DNA of 64,000 nt from Selenomonadales bacterium OttesenSCG-928-I06. Lineage in GTDB: Bacteria; Bacillota; Negativicutes; Sporomusales; Sporomusaceae. Numbering within the stretch: the stretch's first letter is position 1; each line of letters opens with the position of its first letter. Of this stretch, positions 58,291 through 64,000 are shown one piece after another. Position numbers and translations under genes: made by a program. Below the pieces are notes generated by a model. The model was not told where the DNA came from, ran no database searches, and saw only the letters and a list, made by a program, of their open reading frames with translations. The DNA lies in assembly GCA_030266395.1 (NCBI GenBank), contig JAJDHX010000001.1, forward strand, positions 14,647 to 78,646. The letters run 5' to 3'.

Positions 58291-60513
58291 TTGCCTGAAC
58301 CTTTAGATAAAATGAATATAGGACTTAAATTTGAACTCTTGGGAGTTTTACTTGTAACTTTTGCAATACTGTTTATTATAAGTTTACTTGGCTTTAGCGT
58401 AGGCTCTTTAGGAACATATATTGCTAAATTATTAAACTATGTTTTTGGAATAGGAGCAATAATTTTACCGGCAATACTAATAATTATAGGCTGGCGTTAT
58501 ATTGTAATAAAAAGAAAAATAATTTTTACCAGTAGATTTCTAGGAGTAATTTTATTATATTTCCTATCATTAGCATTAGTACATAGCTTTAAAATACCAA
58601 TGGGCAGTGAAATCTTACCAGAAAGCTTACTTGCAGGAGGAGGTTTCATTGGAGGAATTATAGTTTTTTCCTTAAGAAAAATATTAGGCATGGATGGCTC
58701 TGTTTTAGTTATTTTAGGACTTATGGTATGTTCTATTTTACTTGCAACAAATACTTCTTTAGTAAAAACAGCTGTTTCTGCCAAAAATAAAGTGTTAAAA
58801 GGGTACAACAGTGCATATGAAAAATTAACAAGTCCTGTTGAAGTTGAAGAAGAAATTTATCCTGAAGAAACCGCTTCTGGTAAAAATTCTTTTTATAATT
58901 ATGAAGCTGACTCTTCAAATGATTTTACCAATAAAACTACAGAGAAAAATATTGAAAAAAGCTTAGATATAGCTAAATTTAACAATCTGGATAATGAGAT
59001 TAAAACAAAAGTTGAAACTGCACCTGTAGTAGAAGAAACTAAAACCTACATAGGAACAAACAATTCTGATTATTCCTATCCGCCACTGTCTTTACTAAAA
59101 CAAAAAACCAAAAGCGATCTGGCAAGAGGTCCTAAAAATTTAGGAAATCAATCCAGAATTTTAGAACAAACTCTAGAAAGCTTTGGAGTTCAAGCTAAAG
59201 TTATAAATGTTTTTCAAGGACCAACAATTACCAGATACGAATTGGAACCTGCTTTAGGAGTAAAAGTTAGCAGAATAGTTAATTTAGCAGACGATATAGC
59301 TTTAAAATTAGCTACTTCTGGTATAAGAATGGAAGCTCCTATACCCGGAAAAGCTGCTATCGGAATTGAAGTTCCCAACAGAGAAGCTTCTCAAGTTTTA
59401 TTAAGAGATGTCTTGGAAACTGACGAATTTAAAAAAGCGAAATCTGCTTTAACTGTTGGCTTAGGTAAAGATATAGCAGGTAAACCAATAATTACAGACT
59501 TGACTAAAATGCCGCATTTGCTTGTTGCCGGTGCTACCGGAGCAGGGAAAAGCGTTTGTATTAATACTCTTATTTGTAGTGTATTATTTAAATCTTCTCC
59601 AGAAGAATTAAAACTAATTTTAATTGACCCGAAAATGGTTGAATTAGCAAATTATAACGGTATACCTCATCTTCTTACTCCTGTTGTAACAAACCCTAAA
59701 AAAGCAGCTTCTGCTCTAAACTGGGCAGTAGAAGAAATGGAAAGAAGATACACAGTGTTTGCAAGCAATGGTGTAAGAGATATTACCAGATATAACGAAA
59801 TGAATCCAGATTCAGCTATGCCTCTTATTTTAATAATAATTGACGAATTAGCAGACTTAATGATGGTAGCTCCTGCAGAAATTGAAGACAGTATTTGTCG
59901 GCTTGCCCAAAAAGCCAGAGCTTGCGGCATTCATCTGGTATTAGCTACACAAAGACCATCTGTTAACGTAATAACAGGAACAATAAAGGCTAATATTCCA
60001 TCCAGAATATCATTTGTTGTTTCCTCACAAATAGACTCCAGAACTATTTTAGATATGGCTGGTGCTGAAAAACTGTTAGGTAGAGGAGACATGTTATTCC
60101 TGCCTACAGGAGCATTAAAACCTTATAGAATTCAAGGTGCCTTTATTAGTGATGAAGAAATCGAAAGTTTAGTAGAATTTATAAAAGAACAAGACTGTAC
60201 ACCTGAATATGTAGAAGAAGTTTTAGATACGCCTAACAAAAATATCGCTTCTCTTGATAAGAAAGCTAAAGGCAGAGAAATCGAAAAATTTGAAGATGAA
60301 CTACTTGAAAGCGCAGCTACTATCATTGTAGAAACAACTCAAGCTTCAACCTCCATGCTGCAAAGAAGATTCAGAATAGGATATACAAGAGCTGCCAGAA
60401 TAATAGACACATTAGAAGAAATGCAAATAATAACTCCTAACCTGGGAAATGGAGAAAGAAAAGTTTTAATCACAATGGAAGAATTGGACTATATTTTATC
60501 TAAAAAAAGCTAA
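58291..60513 (+). CDS. ftsK: DNA translocase FtsK/SpoIIIE
   Basis: ORF track, 740 aa. N-terminal TM helices, Walker A GATGAGKS, Walker B IIIDELAD, C-terminal gamma winged-helix (MLQRRFRIGYTRAARIID). Confidence 0.92.
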   Translation: MPEPLDKMNIGLKFELLGVLLVTFAILFIISLLGFSVGSLGTYIAKLLNYVFGIGAIILPAILIIIGWRYIVIKRKIIFTSRFLGVILLYFLSLALVHSFKIPMGSEILPESLLAGGGFIGGIIVFSLRKILGMDGSVLVILGLMVCSILLATNTSLVKTAVSAKNKVLKGYNSAYEKLTSPVEVEEEIYPEETASGKNSFYNYEADSSNDFTNKTTEKNIEKSLDIAKFNNLDNEIKTKVETAPVVEETKTYIGTNNSDYSYPPLSLLKQKTKSDLARGPKNLGNQSRILEQTLESFGVQAKVINVFQGPTITRYELEPALGVKVSRIVNLADDIALKLATSGIRMEAPIPGKAAIGIEVPNREASQVLLRDVLETDEFKKAKSALTVGLGKDIAGKPIITDLTKMPHLLVAGATGAGKSVCINTLICSVLFKSSPEELKLILIDPKMVELANYNGIPHLLTPVVTNPKKAASALNWAVEEMERRYTVFASNGVRDITRYNEMNPDSAMPLILIIIDELADLMMVAPAEIEDSICRLAQKARACGIHLVLATQRPSVNVITGTIKANIPSRISFVVSSQIDSRTILDMAGAEKLLGRGDMLFLPTGALKPYRIQGAFISDEEIESLVEFIKEQDCTPEYVEEVLDTPNKNIASLDKKAKGREIEKFEDELLESAATIIVETTQASTSMLQRRFRIGYTRAARIIDTLEEMQIITPNLGNGERKVLITMEELDYILSKKS

Positions 60514-60694
60514 AACAACATATTTCGACAATTTTTTTGCAAAAACAGGGGAAATCTTTCCAATGTGGAACTTATATCTTATAATGAACTTAAATGCATA
60601 AATAAAACAATCTACTTTATATATATATACTAATAACATGGTTGAATCTTAATAAAAAATTGCCTAATTCATATTGAAAAGGAGGTACTTTCAA

Positions 60695-61498
60695 TTGAAG
60701 TCAGTGGGTGAACTTTTAAGAGAAGTGCGCGAAGCTAAAGGGATCACATTAAAAGACGTTGAAAACGACATAAGCATAAGAGTTCTGTATCTGCAATCTA
60801 TTGAAGATGGAAATTATGACGTAATTCCTGGAGAAGTTTATTTAAAAGGGTTTATTCGTAATTATTCTGTATATTTAGGTTTAGATCCAGCAGAAATAAT
60901 GGAAATATACAAACAAAGCAAACCTATAGGAAGCAAAGAAGAAGCTAATTTCAAACTAGAGAACAATTCTAAAGAGTCCAGCTTCCAAAGAAAAAAACTT
61001 GCCAAAGCACAACAAAGAAGAAGAATATCTAACATTGGTATTGTTGTTATTATTTTAGTAGTAGCTTTACTAGTGGGCGGATTCATGTATTGGAATAACA
61101 GAACTCCTGAACAACCGATACAAGACACGCAACAAATAACAACAGAACAGCAAAATACTACATCTTCAGCAATTAACGAGGAAAATACAAACAATATTCC
61201 ATCAAACACAAATAATTCTGCTATTTCCAGCAATAATAACTCTATAAAAGTAGTTATAAATTTTACAGACAAATCTTGGACAGAAGTAACAGTTGATGGC
61301 GATAAAAAATACGAAGGACTTAGTGAAGCCAACACCACACTCTCTTTTGAGGGTAGTAGTAAAATCTTTGTGAAAGTAGGTAACGCTGGAGCAGTTAATC
61401 TAACTTATAATGGAGAAAACTTGGGAACTGCAGGCGAAGTTGGCGAAGTTGTTGTAAAAACTTTTACTAAAGATTCCGTGGCTTCAGTAGAATTATAA
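60695..61498 (+). CDS. RodZ-like cytoskeleton protein (XRE-type HTH, one TM, DUF4115-like C-terminal domain)
   Basis: The ORF track frame 60674-61498 is trimmed to the TTG at 60695, 8 nt after GGAGGT. HTH region ([37 protein letters not shown]), a TM helix, a low-complexity N/S/T linker, and a beta-rich C-terminal domain. Confidence 0.75.
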   Translation: MKSVGELLREVREAKGITLKDVENDISIRVLYLQSIEDGNYDVIPGEVYLKGFIRNYSVYLGLDPAEIMEIYKQSKPIGSKEEANFKLENNSKESSFQRKKLAKAQQRRRISNIGIVVIILVVALLVGGFMYWNNRTPEQPIQDTQQITTEQQNTTSSAINEENTNNIPSNTNNSAISSNNNSIKVVINFTDKSWTEVTVDGDKKYEGLSEANTTLSFEGSSKIFVKVGNAGAVNLTYNGENLGTAGEVGEVVVKTFTKDSVASVEL

Positions 61499-61502
61499 TA
61501 AA

Positions 61503-63398
61503 ATGAAACAAAACAATAATTTTCTTCCGATTACGAGAGAAGACATGGAAAAATTAGGTTGGGAACAACTTGATTTTTTATTTATAAGTGGAGATGCCTA
61601 TGTGGATCATCCAAGCTTTGGTCCTGCTATTATTAGTAGAATACTAGAGAAGTATGGTTTTAAAGTTGGGATTATTCCTCAGCCGAATTGGCGCATACAA
61701 GATGATTTTAAGAAAATGGGCAAACCAAAGCTTGGTGTTTTAATATCAGCAGGTAACCTGGATTCAATGCTAAGCAAATATACGGCAAATAAAAAGTACA
61801 GAAGCCAGGACAGCTATTCACCTGGTGGCAAAGCTGGACTTAGACCAGAAAGAGCTACAATAGTTTATGCAAATACAGTAAAACAAATATGGAAAGACGT
61901 ACCTGTAATTATTGGTGGAATAGAAGCTAGTTTAAGAAGATTTGCTCATTATGATTATTGGTCTGATAATGTAAGAAGATCAATTTTAATTGACAGCAAT
62001 GCCGATCTTTTAATTTATGGAATGGGCGAGGCACCAATAAAAGAACTTGCTGCTAAGCTTTCTGGTGGCAGTAAGATAAATGAAATAAAAGATATAAGAG
62101 GAACATGTTATAGTGTTCAAAGTAAAGAGGAAATAGACAAGTTATCTGAATGTCTCTTTTTACCTGACTATGAAAAAGTAAAAGAGAGCAAAGTGCAATT
62201 TGCTCAAGCTTTTAAAGATATATATTTGGAACAAGACCCTATAAGAGGAAAACCACTTGTTCAAAAAAACGGCGAAAAATATGTTGTAAGTAACACTCCA
62301 TCCTTACCACTTACTCAAAAAGAACTTGATGAAATCTATGATCTGGATTATCAAAGAACTTATCACCCAATATATGAAAAAGACGGCGGCGTACCAGCAA
62401 TAGAAGAAGTGAAATTTAGCCTGTTAAGCCAAAGAGGCTGTTATGGCGGTTGTTCTTTTTGTGCCATACATGCTCACCAAGGCAGAATTATTCAAAACAG
62501 AAGTCATGAATCTATTATAAAAGAAGCAGAAAAATTAACTAATTTGGCTGACTTTAAAGGTTACATCCATGACGTAGGAGGTCCAACAGCTAATTTTAGA
62601 ATACCAGCATGTGATATACAAGCTGAAAAAGGTACTTGCAAAAACAGACAATGCCTTTTCCCCAATCCCTGTAAAAACTTAAAAGTTGATCATAATGATT
62701 ATCTAAAACTATTAAGAGCTTTAAGAAAAATTCCCAAAGTAAAAAAAGTTTTTATAAGGTCTGGCATCAGATATGATTATATAGTTGCCTCAAAAGATCA
62801 AACTTTTTTAAGAGAACTATGTGAACATCATGTTAGCGGACAATTAAAAGTAGCACCAGAACATGTTTCACCTAAAGTAATTTCTCTGATGGGGAAAAGC
62901 AGCAAGAAAATTTACTTAAAATTCATGGATGATTTTAAAAGAGTAAATAAAGAACTAAATAAAGAACAATATTTAGTGCCTTATTTAATGTCAAGCCATC
63001 CTGGTTCTGGTTTAAAAGAAGCAATTGAACTTGCAGAATTTGTTAGAGATTTAAAATATCATCCAGAACAAGTACAAGATTTTATACCTACACCTGGTAG
63101 TTTATCTACCTGTATGTACTATACCGGTATAAACCCCTTAACTGGAGAAAAAGTATATACTCCTAAAGACCCTCATGAAAAAATGCTACAAAGAGCATTA
63201 ATTCAATATCGCAATCCTAAAAACTATCATTTAGTGTATGAAGCCTTAATAAAAGCAGGAAGACAAGATTTAATTGGCTATGAACCTAAATGCCTAATAC
63301 GTCCTAAACATAAAACATCAATCCCTAAAAAAGAGATTAATGTAAAAAACCCCAAAAAAAGAAAACTGTCTCCAGCCAGAAATAAAACAAAGAAATAA
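61503..63398 (+). CDS. ygiQ: YgiQ-family radical SAM protein (UPF0313)
   Basis: ORF track, 631 aa. [10 protein letters not shown]-terminus, CxxxCxxC cluster ([10 protein letters not shown]), basic C-terminal tail. Confidence 0.88.
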   Translation: MKQNNNFLPITREDMEKLGWEQLDFLFISGDAYVDHPSFGPAIISRILEKYGFKVGIIPQPNWRIQDDFKKMGKPKLGVLISAGNLDSMLSKYTANKKYRSQDSYSPGGKAGLRPERATIVYANTVKQIWKDVPVIIGGIEASLRRFAHYDYWSDNVRRSILIDSNADLLIYGMGEAPIKELAAKLSGGSKINEIKDIRGTCYSVQSKEEIDKLSECLFLPDYEKVKESKVQFAQAFKDIYLEQDPIRGKPLVQKNGEKYVVSNTPSLPLTQKELDEIYDLDYQRTYHPIYEKDGGVPAIEEVKFSLLSQRGCYGGCSFCAIHAHQGRIIQNRSHESIIKEAEKLTNLADFKGYIHDVGGPTANFRIPACDIQAEKGTCKNRQCLFPNPCKNLKVDHNDYLKLLRALRKIPKVKKVFIRSGIRYDYIVASKDQTFLRELCEHHVSGQLKVAPEHVSPKVISLMGKSSKKIYLKFMDDFKRVNKELNKEQYLVPYLMSSHPGSGLKEAIELAEFVRDLKYHPEQVQDFIPTPGSLSTCMYYTGINPLTGEKVYTPKDPHEKMLQRALIQYRNPKNYHLVYEALIKAGRQDLIGYEPKCLIRPKHKTSIPKKEINVKNPKKRKLSPARNKTKK

Positions 63399-63426
63399 TT
63401 TATTGGTTTCTACAGAGGTGTTTATA

Positions 63427-64000
63427 TTGGCAGAAAACTTACACAAAGGGCATAGATTAAGAGTTAAAAAAAGATTTTTAAAAGAAGGTCTTGATGGTTT
63501 TGCAGATCATCAAATATTAGAATTTCTATTATATTATGCCATACCTATGAAAGATACAAACGAACTAGCCCATAAAATATTAAAAGAATTTGGTTCAATC
63601 TCAAATGTTTTTGAAGCACATCCTAATGACATAATGAAAAGATGTAATGTAACTGAAAATATAGCTATTCTTATATCTTTGGTACCTCATTTAGCAAAAA
63701 GATATAATCAAGACAAATGGGGTAATAAACCTTGTCTGAATACTTCTTCTAAAGTAGGTAATTATGCCATAGACTTATTTACTGGCAGAGTTTATGAATC
63801 TTTCTTTTTAATATGTTTAGATAATCAAGGAAATCTTAACAATGCTGTCTTACTGCACGAAGGCACTATAGATGAAGTATCTGTATATCCAAGACTGGTT
63901 GTAGAGGCAGCAATAAGATATAATGCAGCTATGGTAGTTTTAGCTCATAATCATCCCAGTGGCAGTCTAGTGCCCTCAGATGATGACAAAAGCACTACTA
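63427..64000 (+). CDS. radC: RadC-like JAB-domain protein (UPF0758), 3' end beyond the window
   Basis: Open frame from the TTG at 63427, after AGAGGTG. Starts LAENLHKGHRLRVKKRFLKEGLDGFADHQILEFLLYYAIP and contains the JAMM motif LAHNHPSGSLVPSDDD. Not in the ORF track because it has no stop in the window. Confidence 0.85.
   Translation, partial: MAENLHKGHRLRVKKRFLKEGLDGFADHQILEFLLYYAIPMKDTNELAHKILKEFGSISNVFEAHPNDIMKRCNVTENIAILISLVPHLAKRYNQDKWGNKPCLNTSSKVGNYAIDLFTGRVYESFFLICLDNQGNLNNAVLLHEGTIDEVSVYPRLVVEAAIRYNAAMVVLAHNHPSGSLVPSDDDKSTT

Noticed and set aside
60862-61338. 158-aa minus-strand ORF opposite the rodZ-like gene
   Set aside because: It is long only because it lies opposite the low-complexity N/S/T-rich linker region. 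The sense frame has a recognisable HTH, TM helix and C-terminal domain, and the antisense frame has no RBS.

Overview
Visibly AT-rich chromosomal segment from a low-GC, spore-forming Firmicute. The evidence is sigH, yqfC/yqfD, a Bacillus-type glgBCDAP operon and T-box regulation. Very acidic protein tails hint at a halophilic Clostridia/Halanaerobiales-like lineage, but that is only a guess. Almost everything is core housekeeping. In order: a partial AI-2E transporter; three tandem MBL-fold hydrolases; relA; recJ; rlmB-yacP-sigH; a small orphan P-loop protein; a DUF421 protein; uppP. Then a five-tRNA cluster (Thr-Tyr-fMet-Thr-Met), rpmG-secE-nusG-rplKAJL, three tandem Fsr-type MFS transporters wedged between rplL and rpoB, and rpoB-rpoC. 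Next come glpX, a Cys-rich unknown, a signal-peptide-bearing prephenate-dehydratase-like protein, yqfCD-phoH-(7TM-HD)-ybeY-era, and an Ile-type T-box leader driving ilvBN. The last part holds a secreted repeat protein, purD, pncA, glnS, glgB-C-D-A-P plus a GH13::GH77 (amylase-family::MalQ) fusion gene, ftsK, a rodZ-like gene, ygiQ and partial radC. I saw no rRNA, CRISPR array, transposase, integrase or phage gene, and no convincing multi-gene defence or other novel system. The items most worth a second look are single genes or local architectures: the GH13::GH77 fusion with a retained internal RBS and ATG; the secreted PDT-ACT homologue with a degenerate TRF motif; the orphan BrxF-like P-loop gene; and the two independent gene triplications, one of which splits the normally contiguous rplKAJL-rpoBC block. 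All product calls rest on motif and family recognition by eye. No database search or computation was run.
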